Assembly: GCA_949841245.1 (NCBI GenBank)
Contig: CATKYT010000004.1
Location: 1-63,916, forward strand
DNA from: an uncultured Eubacteriales bacterium
GTDB taxonomy: Bacteria; Bacillota; Clostridia; Christensenellales; UBA1242
Reading direction: 5' to 3'
Length of the DNA stretch: 63,916 nucleotides
The translations under genes and the position numbers were made by a program. Below the pieces are notes generated by a model that had not been told where the DNA came from, ran no database searches, and worked only from the letters and a program-made list of their open reading frames with translations. Numbering within the stretch: the stretch's first letter is position 1; every line of letters begins with the position of its first letter. Shown in pieces: positions 47,052-60,167 of the stretch.

Positions 47052-47828
47052 ATGACAGATTACAGACCAGATTTAATGTTTATTGGCAATGGTTTCCATG
47101 CCCAAAGAACAGAAGATAAAACCGCTTGGAACATTTTGATGCCAAGCAGTAAAGAACGTCTGTTGAAAGTGAAAGAATTGCATGAGTTTCATGAGAAAAA
47201 ACTTTCAATACAAAACTTTGACGAAAGTTGGTCTTTTGCATATGTTAACCCAAATAATGATTATCATGTCCTTGTTTCAGACAAAAAATATAAATATGCA
47301 GACAATTATTGTTTCGGTTTTGCTCGTGTCGATTGCATAGACGAAAGTGGCTGGACCTATGTAAACAAACAAGAAGAAACTATGAAACATCGTTTTGAAA
47401 TAGCCTTTAATTTTTCAAATTATTGGGCTGTTGTTAAACTTAAAAACACCAACTCCAACAATGGTTGGGCACTTGTTAATTGCAATGGGAAAATAATGGA
47501 AACTCAAAGCATTGAAACATTGCAATATGCAACTGACCCACTTAAACTTGCTTTGATAAAAGACCCTAAAAATTTCTTTTTACTTCCAGATTTATTTTTC
47601 TTAAATGGAACAAATTTAGATAAATATTTAAAAATTGCTGATGAATCGGTTGACTCATTTTACAAAGAAAATAATGTTATTTACAATAAGAAAAACAGCA
47701 AAATTATTAAACAAGCGTTTCGTGCGAAGATTGAAAGTGTAAGAAATCCAAATCAAGAAAATCAAGTTTGGGAAGAATTTAAAACTCAGTTTCCATCAAA
47801 CTATGAAAACAAAACATTAAATCAATAA
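47052..47828 (+). CDS. WG-repeat-containing protein
   Basis: Repeated hydrophobic-x-GFA/W-x-V...GW.YVN / NGWALVNCNGK units typical of WG (KWG) beta repeats. Start set at the ATG at 47052 after GGAGG; the ORF track uses the GTG at 47025. Confidence 0.7.
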   Translation: MTDYRPDLMFIGNGFHAQRTEDKTAWNILMPSSKERLLKVKELHEFHEKKLSIQNFDESWSFAYVNPNNDYHVLVSDKKYKYADNYCFGFARVDCIDESGWTYVNKQEETMKHRFEIAFNFSNYWAVVKLKNTNSNNGWALVNCNGKIMETQSIETLQYATDPLKLALIKDPKNFFLLPDLFFLNGTNLDKYLKIADESVDSFYKENNVIYNKKNSKIIKQAFRAKIESVRNPNQENQVWEEFKTQFPSNYENKTLNQ

Positions 47829-47866
47829 AACAAAGACCTTCTTTTTAGGAAGGTCTTTTATTTTTT
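47829..47866. terminator. Bidirectional terminator between the convergent WG-repeat and collagen-like genes
   Basis: AAAGACCTT (47832-47840) pairs with AAGGTCTTT (47850-47858), followed by a T-run. Confidence 0.85.
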
Positions 47867-47872
47867 AAAAGG

Positions 47873-48835
<963 letters not shown>

Positions 48836-48903
48836 TGAAACCTCCAAGAGAGCATTTTGCTCCCAATAACATTTTATGATAAAAATGAAATTCGGTTAAA
48901 AAG

Positions 48904-49434
48904 TCAAACTTTTGTTTTATAGTAATTCAAGTTTTCTTTAACTTTTGCCAAATAATTTTTTGTTTCAGAAAAAGGAATGTTTGAAACCACCTTTCCATCT
49001 TGGCAAAATCTTTCATCTTTAAGCCAATTTTTAACATTTGCAGGACCAGCATTGTAAGCAAGAACAGCATTGTCGAAATCTTGAAATTGTGAAAGCAATT
49101 CAGCAAAATAAGAAGTTCCAAGCAAAATGTTATCTTTACTGTTTTTTAAATCATATTCTTTTAATGAAATTTTGTCAGCCATTTCTTTGGCAGTTGATGG
49201 CAAAATTTGCATAAGCCCCACCGCACCTTTTGAAGAAACAACATCAGTGTTAAAGTGACTTTCAACATTTATAATGGAATAAATTACATCTTCACCTATA
49301 TTAAATTTTTCACCTGCAATTTTTACTTCTTCCTGAAACCTAATTGGAAACAAATATCCATAAAAGCAATTCATGCCAAAAACGGAAAGAAAAATAAAAG
49401 AAACACACAAAAAAACAGCACAAAACCACTTCAT
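48904..49434 (-). CDS. Lytic transglycosylase (SLT domain), membrane-anchored or secreted
   Basis: N-terminal hydrophobic segment. SLT motifs ESHFN, GAVGLMQILPSTA, AYNAGPANV. Confidence 0.88.
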   Translation of the reverse strand: MKWFCAVFLCVSFIFLSVFGMNCFYGYLFPIRFQEEVKIAGEKFNIGEDVIYSIINVESHFNTDVVSSKGAVGLMQILPSTAKEMADKISLKEYDLKNSKDNILLGTSYFAELLSQFQDFDNAVLAYNAGPANVKNWLKDERFCQDGKVVSNIPFSETKNYLAKVKENLNYYKTKV

Positions 49435-49472
49435 AACGCTATTTTATGAAAAAAGAGCATAATTATGCTCTT

Positions 49473-49727
49473 TTAAATTTTGAAATATTGTTCTCTCCCA
49501 TTTGACTTAATAACAGAATAAAATCCATCAAAATTGTTTGGTCGTCTTAAAAAAAGTGACTGCACCTTTGGAAGATAATCCCCTAAAAACTTGACCGAAA
49601 TTCCACACGCACGAGTTATCTGTGCAGGTGTATTTATGATTGCAACAGGAATATTGTTTTCTTTAAGCAGATTGGCAAAATTCAGAGTCGCAAAACGAGA
49701 TTTAAAAACAGCCAAAATATAATTCAC
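49473..49727 (-). CDS. DUF3343-like small protein (putative S/Se carrier-like)
   Basis: 84 aa. Start set at the GTG at 49727 behind AAGGAGGT. Pattern ...AVFKS...A...LKENNIPVAIINTPAQITRACGISVKF resembles the DUF3343 family. Divergent from a class V aminotransferase gene. Confidence 0.6.
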   Translation of the reverse strand: MNYILAVFKSRFATLNFANLLKENNIPVAIINTPAQITRACGISVKFLGDYLPKVQSLFLRRPNNFDGFYSVIKSNGREQYFKI

Positions 49728-49805
49728 GCGTAACCTCCTTATGCACAAATTCTCCCCTTATTTATTATATTTATAATAGACAAATTTTGTCTTAAAGGAT
49801 TTAAT

Positions 49806-50963
49806 ATGATTTATTTAGACAATTCCGCATCCAGCATGTATAAACCTAAAAATGTTCAGAAAGCAGTTTTGAACGCTTTGAATATGTTTACTGGTAACCC
49901 TGGACGAAGCGGACACCAACTTTCAATAAAAACCGCCATGGAAGTGGAAAAAGTCAGGGATTTGGTTGCCAATCATGTCAACACAACACCTGAAAAGATC
50001 ATCTTTACACTTAATTGCACTGACGCACTAAACTTGGCAATTTTAGGAACATACAAATCCGATGGTCATGTGGTTTGCACTGTAAACGAACACAACTCAG
50101 TTTTGCGTCCACTTGAACATCTTAAAAACACTCATTCAGATTTTTCTTACAGTGTGGCAAAACAAAGTTCTTCTTTTGGCATAACTTGGCAAGACATAGA
50201 AAGATGTTTAACAGACAAGACTTATTTGGTTGTTTGCAATCATGTATCTAATGTCAACGGAGATGTGGCAGACATAGAAGAAATTGGCAAACAACTTCAA
50301 GAAAGAAACATTTTGTTTTTGGTGGATGGTGCACAAGGTGGCGGACACTTTCGATATGATATGCAAAAGATGAACATTAATATGTTGACTTTTGCCCCAC
50401 ACAAGGGTTTTTATTCCCCACAAGGCGTGGGCTGTTTGGCAATAAATGGCGATTTTGACATTCAACCAACACGATTTGGTGGAACAGGCACAAATTCCTT
50501 AGAACTTGTAATGCCATCAGAATTTCCAGAAAGACTGGAAAGTGGAACTTTAAACACTCCTGCAATCTTAGGTTTTGGCGAAGGAATTAAATATGTGGAA
50601 GAAAACTTTGACTTTATCAAAGAAAAGATTGAAGATTTAACAACTTTTTTGCATTATGAACTTTCCAAACTTCCAATTGAAATTTATACAAAAACCGAAA
50701 ACACAAATGGCGTGTTTGCTTTTAACATTCCAAACACTGCTTCAAGTGATGTGGCAAACTATCTCAACGAAAAATGGAATATTTGCGTTCGAAGCGGACT
50801 TCACTGTGCCCCTTTAAAGCATAAATCACTCGGCACACAAGATGGTGGCGCTGTGCGTGTTTCCATTTCCTTTGTAAACACTTATCAAGAAATAGAGCGC
50901 TTAGTTTACGCCATAAAAAGATTTATTTCTTTAAATGAAAAAATGAAAAAAGATGACAATTAA
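49806..50963 (+). CDS. Class V aminotransferase: cysteine desulfurase / selenocysteine lyase family protein
   Basis: 385 aa. IYLDNSASS N-terminus, PLP-Lys region FAPHKGFYSPQGVG, active-site Cys region RSGLHCAPLKH. Confidence 0.85.
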   Translation: MIYLDNSASSMYKPKNVQKAVLNALNMFTGNPGRSGHQLSIKTAMEVEKVRDLVANHVNTTPEKIIFTLNCTDALNLAILGTYKSDGHVVCTVNEHNSVLRPLEHLKNTHSDFSYSVAKQSSSFGITWQDIERCLTDKTYLVVCNHVSNVNGDVADIEEIGKQLQERNILFLVDGAQGGGHFRYDMQKMNINMLTFAPHKGFYSPQGVGCLAINGDFDIQPTRFGGTGTNSLELVMPSEFPERLESGTLNTPAILGFGEGIKYVEENFDFIKEKIEDLTTFLHYELSKLPIEIYTKTENTNGVFAFNIPNTASSDVANYLNEKWNICVRSGLHCAPLKHKSLGTQDGGAVRVSISFVNTYQEIERLVYAIKRFISLNEKMKKDDN

Positions 50964-50973
50964 GTCATCTTTT

Positions 50974-51600
50974 TTAGTCAATGTTTCCAAAAAAATCCAA
51001 TCCGTCAGTGTTGTTGTAATTATAGAAATTTTCACAAGATGCTGATGGAACATCATTTGTAATGTTGGTTTCATTAAAAAAACATTCTTTAAAAGTTGCT
51101 TTTTCCATAACTCTTATATTTGAAGAAATAACCGAACAAAAACAAAAACTTAAACATTCTTGTGGATTTATGCAAGTCAACTTAGAATTTGAAACAAAAG
51201 TATTATCAATCTCTACACCATTAAAAATGCGAGAATTTTTTACATAAGAATCATTAACAATCATCGTTCCTTCTGCGTAAACGATGCTTTCATCATCAGC
51301 CCAACATCCTTTTCCAATTTTTGCACCTTCTTCCAGCCAAGCGCCTTTTTGACCTTTTTTTATTTTAATGCTCCAAACTTCGAAATCTCTGATGGCAATC
51401 ATTTGATAAAAAGTTTTTTGAGAACCATTTACAAGAATTGTTTTAGGGTTTGAAACATCAAGTATGTAATCTTGCCTAGCAGAAATACGATCAATAAAGT
51501 TTCGTCCTTCTTTTAGTCCTACTTGTTTTCTTATGAAAGTTTCAACTCCCTTTATGTTTGCTTTTCTTTGTTTTATTTCTTGCTTTGCTTCTTTATTCAT
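50974..51600 (-). CDS. Cys-rich hypothetical protein (208 aa), paralog of the upstream gene; possible beta-helix repeats
   Basis: GGAGG RBS. Shares DFEV, G-x-W and G-x-CW motifs with the 244-aa neighbour. The C-terminal half shows short [IV]-x-[ND]-type periodicity. Confidence 0.75.
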   Translation of the reverse strand: MNKEAKQEIKQRKANIKGVETFIRKQVGLKEGRNFIDRISARQDYILDVSNPKTILVNGSQKTFYQMIAIRDFEVWSIKIKKGQKGAWLEEGAKIGKGCWADDESIVYAEGTMIVNDSYVKNSRIFNGVEIDNTFVSNSKLTCINPQECLSFCFCSVISSNIRVMEKATFKECFFNETNITNDVPSASCENFYNYNNTDGLDFFGNID

Positions 51601-51614
51601 AATACCTCCAAAAC

Positions 51615-52349
51615 CTATTTAACTCTTTCCACAGTAACATTACTACCATGAGTTGCCCCAAATCCTGTTATAGTTTTGTTTGAATGACAACTTTTTCCAC
51701 AAACTGAAATATGTTCTTCGGCAGTTGGATTGATGATACAATTATATAAAATTCCTTCTTCTTGCATTGAAAGTCCACCTACTGCATTTTGGGGATTTAT
51801 TTTAACAATAGTGTGTCTCAACTTAGCCTGATCTCTCATATTCAAATTTGCGTAAACTGTTGATTTTACAACTTGGCAATCATTTATAATTGCAGAAGTC
51901 TTTCCATTTAAACAAATAATATTGCTTTCACTTACAACAGCCCTATCGCTGACCTTTACATTTATAAGATAAATCTCTTTTACAGGAGAAGACTTGTTAA
52001 TTACAATTGCATCACGGTTTACAAAACTTCCGAAACCAATAAAACAATTAGGTCCCACCCAACAATTTCCTTCTTGTGAAAGTCCACCACAAAAATCAAA
52101 ATCATCAGTTGCGATTTTCTTAAAGTCAACCCAAACTCTACCGCCACGAGAATTCTTTGGAATCAAATTTTTATTTGAAATTCCATTTATATTAAGTTCA
52201 ACTTCAAAATCTTTGTCAGCAACTATTTCACAACTCCAATAAACTTTTTTGCCAATTTTATGCATTTTGAGTGTATTTCTGTCATAATGAAATTTTTTAT
52301 TTCTTTCTTCAATTTTAGTTTCAGTACTTTCTAAAAATGTCTGCAACAT
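51615..52349 (-). CDS. Cys-rich hypothetical protein (244 aa), paralog of the downstream gene; possible beta-helix repeats
   Basis: Start set at MLQTFLE (52349) behind AAGGAG. NCWVGPNCFIGFGSFVNRDAIV resembles hexapeptide/left-handed beta-helix sequence (tentative). Confidence 0.75.
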   Translation of the reverse strand: MLQTFLESTETKIEERNKKFHYDRNTLKMHKIGKKVYWSCEIVADKDFEVELNINGISNKNLIPKNSRGGRVWVDFKKIATDDFDFCGGLSQEGNCWVGPNCFIGFGSFVNRDAIVINKSSPVKEIYLINVKVSDRAVVSESNIICLNGKTSAIINDCQVVKSTVYANLNMRDQAKLRHTIVKINPQNAVGGLSMQEEGILYNCIINPTAEEHISVCGKSCHSNKTITGFGATHGSNVTVERVK

Positions 52350-52563
52350 AATTACTCCTTTACTTAAAAAGTATAACACTGGTTTGAAATTTTGTCAATA
52401 CCCCAAATTTAAAAAAAGAACTATTAACTTTTAAACTAATTTTTAATTTTGATTAATGTCTTTGAATTTAAATAGCATTCTTTAAATACAAACATATATT
52501 TTTATTTGTTTTTATGATGCGATTTAGAAGAATTTGTGTTATAATATGATTTAAGGAGTAAAA

Positions 52564-53622
52564 ATGACAAACAAATTAATTGTAGATAAAATTTTAAAAA
52601 TACTAGAAAAAGAACATATTAACCTTTATCACGACGTTTCAAAAGAAAAAATAAAAGAGCATATAGCAAATATTGATAGGTTAAATGAAATGTCAGATAG
52701 TGAATTTGACTTAGAAATGTTAAAACTTTTTGCATTATTTAAAGATGCTCATACTTCGTATAGAATTCAATATATACCATTAGATTACAAACTCACATAT
52801 ATTCACGGAAAATTTTACATTTTAGATAATGATATATGGAAAGAAATATCTAGTTTTGGTAAATTAAAAGCAAGTGAAATGCATGAAAAACTTGAACCAT
52901 TAGTAAATTATGAAACTCAAGAATGGTTAAATAGTAGTATTAAAAATATGATAAATAATGCGTATATTTACAAAATGTTAAAATTGAATGATAATAATCT
53001 GGAAATAACTTTAGTGGATGGAACAAAACTAGAATTACATAAACAAAATATATTAAATAGAAAATACGACAAACCTAAATCACCATATAGTTTTAAGCTT
53101 TTAAATGATAATATTTTATATTTTAAATACGAGAGATGTTGTGAAAATAAAGAATTTCCTTTTTCAGAGTTTTTAAAAGAAATCACAGAAACAATAGAAA
53201 AAAACAAAATTAGTAAATATATCTTAGACTTGAGAGGAAACAGTGGTGGAAATTCTGAAATTCTCAATCCTTTTCAAAAATTAGTAAAAGATAAAAATCT
53301 ATATGGTGTTTTATTGATAGATAATAGAGTCTTTTCTTCTGGCAGATTTGCTGTAGCAAGATTTAAAAAAGAATTTAACACTCCACTTATTGGCGAACCA
53401 ACTGGTGGGGCAGCAAAATCATATGGATATACTAAACCATTGGAAATTGAAGGTAAAAGGTTTTCTGCTTCGATTAAATTATGGGATTTCAGCGATATTT
53501 TTGGTTATAAGGGAGCAATACAACCTGATATCTTAGTAGAAGAATCCATTAAAAATATACAAAATCATGATGATATTATTCTTAAAAAAGCAGTTGATTT
53601 TATTATTAAATCAAAAAAATAA
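52564..53622 (+). CDS. S41-family (tail-specific protease-like) peptidase
   Basis: 352 aa. ILDLRGNSGGNSE and FSSGR...GEPTGG motifs typical of peptidase S41. AAGGAG RBS. No obvious signal peptide. Confidence 0.75.
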   Translation: MTNKLIVDKILKILEKEHINLYHDVSKEKIKEHIANIDRLNEMSDSEFDLEMLKLFALFKDAHTSYRIQYIPLDYKLTYIHGKFYILDNDIWKEISSFGKLKASEMHEKLEPLVNYETQEWLNSSIKNMINNAYIYKMLKLNDNNLEITLVDGTKLELHKQNILNRKYDKPKSPYSFKLLNDNILYFKYERCCENKEFPFSEFLKEITETIEKNKISKYILDLRGNSGGNSEILNPFQKLVKDKNLYGVLLIDNRVFSSGRFAVARFKKEFNTPLIGEPTGGAAKSYGYTKPLEIEGKRFSASIKLWDFSDIFGYKGAIQPDILVEESIKNIQNHDDIILKKAVDFIIKSKK

Positions 53623-53744
53623 GAATCATATTTTAAATCTCTCATATTAAAACTTGGCATTTATTATGGTACTTGCTTATACAAATGGATTAGCTTCGCT
53701 ACGTTAGACAAGCATTTACCTACACAAAAACTTAATAAAAATAA

Positions 53745-53780
53745 AACAAAAAAGAACTCTATGATTTTAGAGTTCTTTTA
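53745..53780. terminator. Bidirectional terminator
   Basis: A-run, AAGAACTCT (53752-53760) pairing with AGAGTTCTT (53769-53777), T-run. Confidence 0.8.
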
Positions 53781-53823
53781 ATAATTCCGCTAGTATCAAA
53801 ATTGAGTGGCAAACCTTTCTTTT

Positions 53824-54522
53824 TTATGCTTTATAAATAAATCTTTTGCAATGTTCGCAAGTTATGACACCATTTTCTTTAAGTCTTGAAATTGCCACCA
53901 TGGATTGTTCAACACGACATCTTCCACAAAAACTGCCTTCAAGTGGCACAATAACAGGAAAAATGTTGTCATTTCTTCTTTTCTTATATTCTGCCATAAG
54001 TGAGCTGTCCACATTTTTTTCAAGTTTTTCTAACTCTTTTTTAATGCGTTCTTTTTCTGGCTCGTATTGTTTCTTTTCTTCTTCCAACTTTTGTTTGCAT
54101 ACATCATATTGTTTTCTGGCTTCATCATATGCCTTTTTTGTCTTGTTAAATTCTGAAAGAATGGCATTAATTTTTTCAGCACTCTTTTGAAGCATTTTTT
54201 CTAATATGTTTAAATTTGACAAAACTTTTCCTTTAAGTGTAAGTGACTTTTCAGCATCTTCCATTGACATTTTGTCAACATCTAAACCAAGCATGTCATC
54301 TGACTTTGCTTTGTTTAAATTATATTTTTCTTTTATGTCAGAAATTTCATTTAAAAGTTTTTCCGCTTCTGTTTCAAGTTCTGTTGACCTAACTTGTGCT
54401 TTTTTTGCAATGTTTGCAAGTTCTGTCGCCTTTTTACGATATGGACTTTCCAAAAGTTTTTGTTCAACTTTAAACAATTCTCCATCCAATTTTTGATAAT
54501 CCAACAAACTTTCTATTTTCAT
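53824..54522 (-). CDS. Coiled-coil protein with a C-terminal C4 zinc ribbon (COG1579-like)
   Basis: Start set at MKIESLLDYQ (54522). Long K/E-rich coiled coil, then CGRC...CEHC ribbon. Confidence 0.8.
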   Translation of the reverse strand: MKIESLLDYQKLDGELFKVEQKLLESPYRKKATELANIAKKAQVRSTELETEAEKLLNEISDIKEKYNLNKAKSDDMLGLDVDKMSMEDAEKSLTLKGKVLSNLNILEKMLQKSAEKINAILSEFNKTKKAYDEARKQYDVCKQKLEEEKKQYEPEKERIKKELEKLEKNVDSSLMAEYKKRRNDNIFPVIVPLEGSFCGRCRVEQSMVAISRLKENGVITCEHCKRFIYKA

Positions 54523-54579
54523 AATTTTTTCTCCATTTTTAAATTTAAGCAAACGCTTTAAGCATTCGCTTGTAAACTT

Positions 54580-55656
54580 TTATTCCACAAAGTCAGCAAG
54601 ACGCTTACTTCTGTTTGGATGTTTAAGTTTTCTAAGAGCCTTTGCTTCAATCTGTCTGATACGCTCTCTTGTGACAGAAAATTCTTTTCCCACTTCTTCC
54701 AAAGTCTTTTGTCTGCCGTCAAGAAGCCCATATCTTTGTCTGATGACTTCTTGTTCTCTTGGCGTAAGTGTGTCAATAACCGCCAAAAGTTGTTCTCTTA
54801 AAAGAGTTTGAGTCGCACTTTCAATTGGTGATTTAGCACTTTCATCCACAATGACATCTGCCATTTTTCCGTCATCTTCTTCACCCATTGGTGTTTCCAA
54901 AGAAATTGGGTCTTGTGCCGTTCTTTGAATTTCCATAACCTTTGCAACAGTCATTTCCATTTCTTTGGCAATTTCTTCAATAGTTGGTTCTCTGCCAAGT
55001 TTTTGCATCAAAACTCTGCAAACCTTGACATATTTATTGATTGTTTCCACCATGTGAACAGGAATTCTTATCGTTCTCGATTGGTCAGCCATGGCACGAG
55101 TTATGGCTTGTCTAATCCACCATGTTGCATATGTGGAGAATTTGAAACCTTTAGTGTAATCAAATTTGTCAACAGCACGAAGAAGCCCCATGTTACCTTC
55201 TTGAATTAAATCCAAAAAAGACATAGATGTTTTTCCTACATATTTTTTTGCCACACTGACAACCAAACGCAAGTTTGCTTCACAAAGCACCGATTTTGCA
55301 TATTGGTCACCTTCCATAACTTTTTTTGCAAGGTCTTTTTCTTGTTCTGCCGAAAGAAGTGGAACTTTGCCAATGTCTTTTAAATACATTTTAACAGGGT
55401 CGTCCACACTTGGCGACATGACAAGGTCAGAGAAGTTGTCTTTGTAAAGATCTTCATCTTCTTCTGCATCAATAATTTTAATTCCGCGTTTGGAAAGAGT
55501 TTCCAAAAACTTTTCCACGCCTTTGGCATCTTCACCAACTTTAAACATGGAAAAATAAACATCTTCCTTGTTGATTGACCCTTTTTTCATTGCAAGTGCT
55601 TGCAATTTGTCATGCATCATTTTAATTTTTTGCAAGTCTTCTTTATCTTCTGCCAT
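54580..55656 (-). CDS. rpoD: Primary RNA polymerase sigma factor (SigA/RpoD)
   Basis: 358 aa with regions 1.2-4.2 ([59 protein letters not shown]). Follows dnaG. Confidence 0.97.
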   Translation of the reverse strand: MAEDKEDLQKIKMMHDKLQALAMKKGSINKEDVYFSMFKVGEDAKGVEKFLETLSKRGIKIIDAEEDEDLYKDNFSDLVMSPSVDDPVKMYLKDIGKVPLLSAEQEKDLAKKVMEGDQYAKSVLCEANLRLVVSVAKKYVGKTSMSFLDLIQEGNMGLLRAVDKFDYTKGFKFSTYATWWIRQAITRAMADQSRTIRIPVHMVETINKYVKVCRVLMQKLGREPTIEEIAKEMEMTVAKVMEIQRTAQDPISLETPMGEEDDGKMADVIVDESAKSPIESATQTLLREQLLAVIDTLTPREQEVIRQRYGLLDGRQKTLEEVGKEFSVTRERIRQIEAKALRKLKHPNRSKRLADFVE

Positions 55657-57418
55657 TAAATTCCTCCAAACTCTTATTCTTTATTTCCATCGCAAGTTTG
55701 CCAAGTTTTTTGGCAAGTTCTCCGCGTTTGGTTAAATCTTCACAATTCTTAAATTCTTCGTTAAGTTCGTTTTGCAACTTTTTCAGTTTTTGTTCAGCGA
55801 TCTTCCATAAACATTCATTGAAATATCTTTCTTCATCTTTTTCAAAAGTGGCAAAATTGAAATTTACTATTTCCATTAAAAGCTCATCTTCACTTGCACC
55901 TTCAAAATCATATATTGCCGAAAGTGGTAAATTTTGTTCAATAATGTTTAAATAATTTTCATAACCACTTAAAAGTTTTTTATAATCAATGTTTTTATTG
56001 GCACATTCCCTTTTGTGAAGAAGGGAAGCCAAAACAAACTTAACTGCTTTTTCATCGCCTTTTTCTGATGGCATAACTGTTTGCTTTTCAAACAATGGTT
56101 TCGTTTGAACAGTGCTTTGCAAGTTTATATCTCGCCTTAAAACATCAAGTGGAATCTTTGTCAAGTCCCTTATTTTTTCAAGATAAGGCTCAAACAAAGT
56201 TTCTCTGCCAAGTTTTTTAATTTCAGATAAAATTGCCTTAACAAATCTTCCCTTTTGTTCTGCAACATCAGGATTAAACTTTTGTTTATAATATTCAATC
56301 AAATAATCCATATAAGGCACCGCTTGTTCAATCATCTTCTGCAAAGATTCACTGCCAACATTGTTCAACACTTCATCAGGGTCTTTACCCCCAGTAAGAT
56401 TGACAATTTTTAAATTGACATCTTCATCTCTAAACATCTCTATTGCACGCAAGGTTGCTTTGGTTCCTGCTTCGTCATGGTCAAAACAAAGATAAATATT
56501 GTTGTTGAAGCGTTTGAGTTCCTTAACATGGTCTTTTGTAAGTGCAGTGCCCATGCAAGCCACAGTTGATTTAAAACCACTTCTGTGCATGGCTATGACA
56601 TCCATCTGCCCTTCCACCAAAATAATTTTGTCCAAAAGTTGCTGTTGTTTTTGTGCTTTTAATAAATTTATTCCAAAAACAATTCTACCTTTTTGAAAAA
56701 CCATAGTTTCTGCTGTGTTTTTATACTTAGCTATTTCAGGATTTTTTTCCAGAATCCTTGCACTGAAACCTATACATTCATTGAAAGAATTAAAAATTGG
56801 AAAAACAAGTCTGCCTGCCAAGACATCAAACACACGATTGTTTTTCTTGCCACAAATTCCCGCTTCCAAAAGTTCGTTTTCCGAAAAACCTTTTCCTTTA
56901 AGATAATCAACTATGTCTGTCCAATCTTTTGAATAGCCAATTTTAAAATCTTCCAGTTCTCTCCGAGTGAATTTTCTTGTCTTGATATAATCTTGTGCAA
57001 CTTTTGCATCTTTGTTATAGAGATTTTCCATATAGTGTTTATAAGCAAAATCAAGCGCCAACAAAACTCTTTCTTTAAGTTGCATATTTTGTTTTCTTTT
57101 GTCATTGTTTTCAAGTTCAGGAACTTCCATGCCAGCCCTTTCTGCCAAAATTTTTATGGCATCCATAAACTCGACACTTTCCATTTTTTCAATAAATTTA
57201 ATCACATCTCCTGATTCTTTGCAACCAAAACAATAATAAATTCCATCTTCATTGTTAATGGAAAATGAAGGTGTTTTTTCATTATGGAAAGGACAACATG
57301 CCCAAAATCTTCTTCCTTTTTCAGTGAGTTGTAAATAATTTGAAGCAATTGAAACTAAATCGTTCTTTCTTTTAAGTTCACTCATCCACTCAACAGGAAA
57401 ACCTTTATTAATTTGCAA
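55643..57418 (-). CDS. dnaG: DNA primase
   Basis: 591 aa. Zinc ribbon [12 protein letters not shown]...CFGC, Toprim (EGQMDV ... DHDEAG). TTG start behind AGGAGA. 14-nt overlap with rpoD. Confidence 0.95.
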   Translation of the reverse strand: MQINKGFPVEWMSELKRKNDLVSIASNYLQLTEKGRRFWACCPFHNEKTPSFSINNEDGIYYCFGCKESGDVIKFIEKMESVEFMDAIKILAERAGMEVPELENNDKRKQNMQLKERVLLALDFAYKHYMENLYNKDAKVAQDYIKTRKFTRRELEDFKIGYSKDWTDIVDYLKGKGFSENELLEAGICGKKNNRVFDVLAGRLVFPIFNSFNECIGFSARILEKNPEIAKYKNTAETMVFQKGRIVFGINLLKAQKQQQLLDKIILVEGQMDVIAMHRSGFKSTVACMGTALTKDHVKELKRFNNNIYLCFDHDEAGTKATLRAIEMFRDEDVNLKIVNLTGGKDPDEVLNNVGSESLQKMIEQAVPYMDYLIEYYKQKFNPDVAEQKGRFVKAILSEIKKLGRETLFEPYLEKIRDLTKIPLDVLRRDINLQSTVQTKPLFEKQTVMPSEKGDEKAVKFVLASLLHKRECANKNIDYKKLLSGYENYLNIIEQNLPLSAIYDFEGASEDELLMEIVNFNFATFEKDEERYFNECLWKIAEQKLKKLQNELNEEFKNCEDLTKRGELAKKLGKLAMEIKNKSLEEFNGRR

Positions 57419-57533
57419 ATTTATCTCCTAAAAACACAATAACACTTTAATATACCACAAAAACAGTGTGAATTCCTTTATTTACAGCAAAAATTTTCTT
57501 TATATATTAAATAACAACAAAATTATATAGAAA

Positions 57534-57562
57534 AATAAAAAAATCCTACAAATGTAGGATTT
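57534..57562 (-). terminator. Rho-independent terminator after groEL
   Basis: Minus-sense AAATCCTACA-TT-TGTAGGATTT followed by T7. Confidence 0.85.
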
Positions 57563-57569
57563 ATAATTT

Positions 57570-59186
<1,617 letters not shown>

Positions 59187-59190
59187 TCAC

Positions 59191-59478
59191 CTACCTTTCC
59201 AAAACTGCCAAAATGTCAGTTTGCTTCATAACTATATATGTTTTGTCATCCAAACTGAATTCTGTCCCACTGTATTTTGCATATAAAACATCTTGTCCCA
59301 CTTTAACTTTCATTTCAACTTCTTTTCCATCAACGATTCCACCATCTCCAACAGCAACAACAGTGCCAATTTGAGATTTGGTTTGAGAAGTGGTTGGAAG
59401 CAAAATTCCACTTTTGGTTTCTTTGTCACTTTCCTTTGGAAGTAAAACCACTCTGTCAAACATCGGTTTAATATTCAT
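59191..59478 (-). CDS. groS: Co-chaperonin GroES
   Basis: 95 aa. IKPMFDRVVL ... mobile loop ... DGKEVEMKVKVGD. Confidence 0.97.
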   Translation of the reverse strand: MNIKPMFDRVVLLPKESDKETKSGILLPTTSQTKSQIGTVVAVGDGGIVDGKEVEMKVKVGQDVLYAKYSGTEFSLDDKTYIVMKQTDILAVLER

Positions 59479-59659
59479 AAGTTTTCTTCTCCTTTTAACA
59501 TTTTAAGTATAAACTTTTGGCAAAAAAAAGTAAAGTTTTTATGACAACAAAAAATACACATAACCCACATTTGTGTCGAAAATACAAATTTTGATTCAGA
59601 TTTTAGTTGAACTTCATGATTGACAAAATAAGTGTTATATGATAATCTTTTAAAGTAAA

Positions 59660-60088
59660 ATGAAGGTGGTTATGGACAAAAAATTTAAAACTGAAAAATT
59701 ATATCTAGTTAAAGTTGCAGAAATAACAAAAATTACAAATTCAAATGGCAAAAAGTTTGTTTCCATGGTAAGACACACTTACAAACTTTTTGCAAAAATT
59801 TACAACAATGAAGGTCAAGAACCTGTTTACAGACTTATGACAGGCAAAAAACAAATTTTAAAAACAAACCGCAAAGACATAAGTGAAATTGGCGACCTTA
59901 TTGTAATTGACATGCAAAAGGCTTCGGAAGTGTTTCCATATTCGACAATGACTTTTTCAGAAATTAAAAATGCTGAATTTAAACTTAATGGCAACAAAAG
60001 GTTTCACCTTAAATGTAAAAGTCCTTCAAACAATTTTCCAATAAATCGTGAAAAATCTGTTGATTTAGATTTTTCTAAACTTAAATAA
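59660..60088 (+). CDS. Hypothetical basic protein (about 138-142 aa)
   Basis: ORF behind a TTGACA-17-TAATCT promoter-like sequence. Followed by the terminator ATCAGC-AAAT-GCTGAT-T7. The start is ambiguous (59660 or 59672). No family recognised. Confidence 0.6.
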   Translation: MKVVMDKKFKTEKLYLVKVAEITKITNSNGKKFVSMVRHTYKLFAKIYNNEGQEPVYRLMTGKKQILKTNRKDISEIGDLIVIDMQKASEVFPYSTMTFSEIKNAEFKLNGNKRFHLKCKSPSNNFPINREKSVDLDFSKLK

Positions 60089-60167
60089 AAAAATCAGCAA
60101 ATGCTGATTTTTTTGATATTTAAATATTTTTGCCCATTTCATAAGCTTGTTTCTCATAGATGCTTCC

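Noticed and set aside
59479-59659. CIRCE (HrcA operator, TTAGCACTC-N9-GAGTGCTAA) upstream of groES-groEL
   Set aside because: I searched both strands of the 181-bp upstream region by eye and found no match or near match, so no heat-shock operator is annotated.
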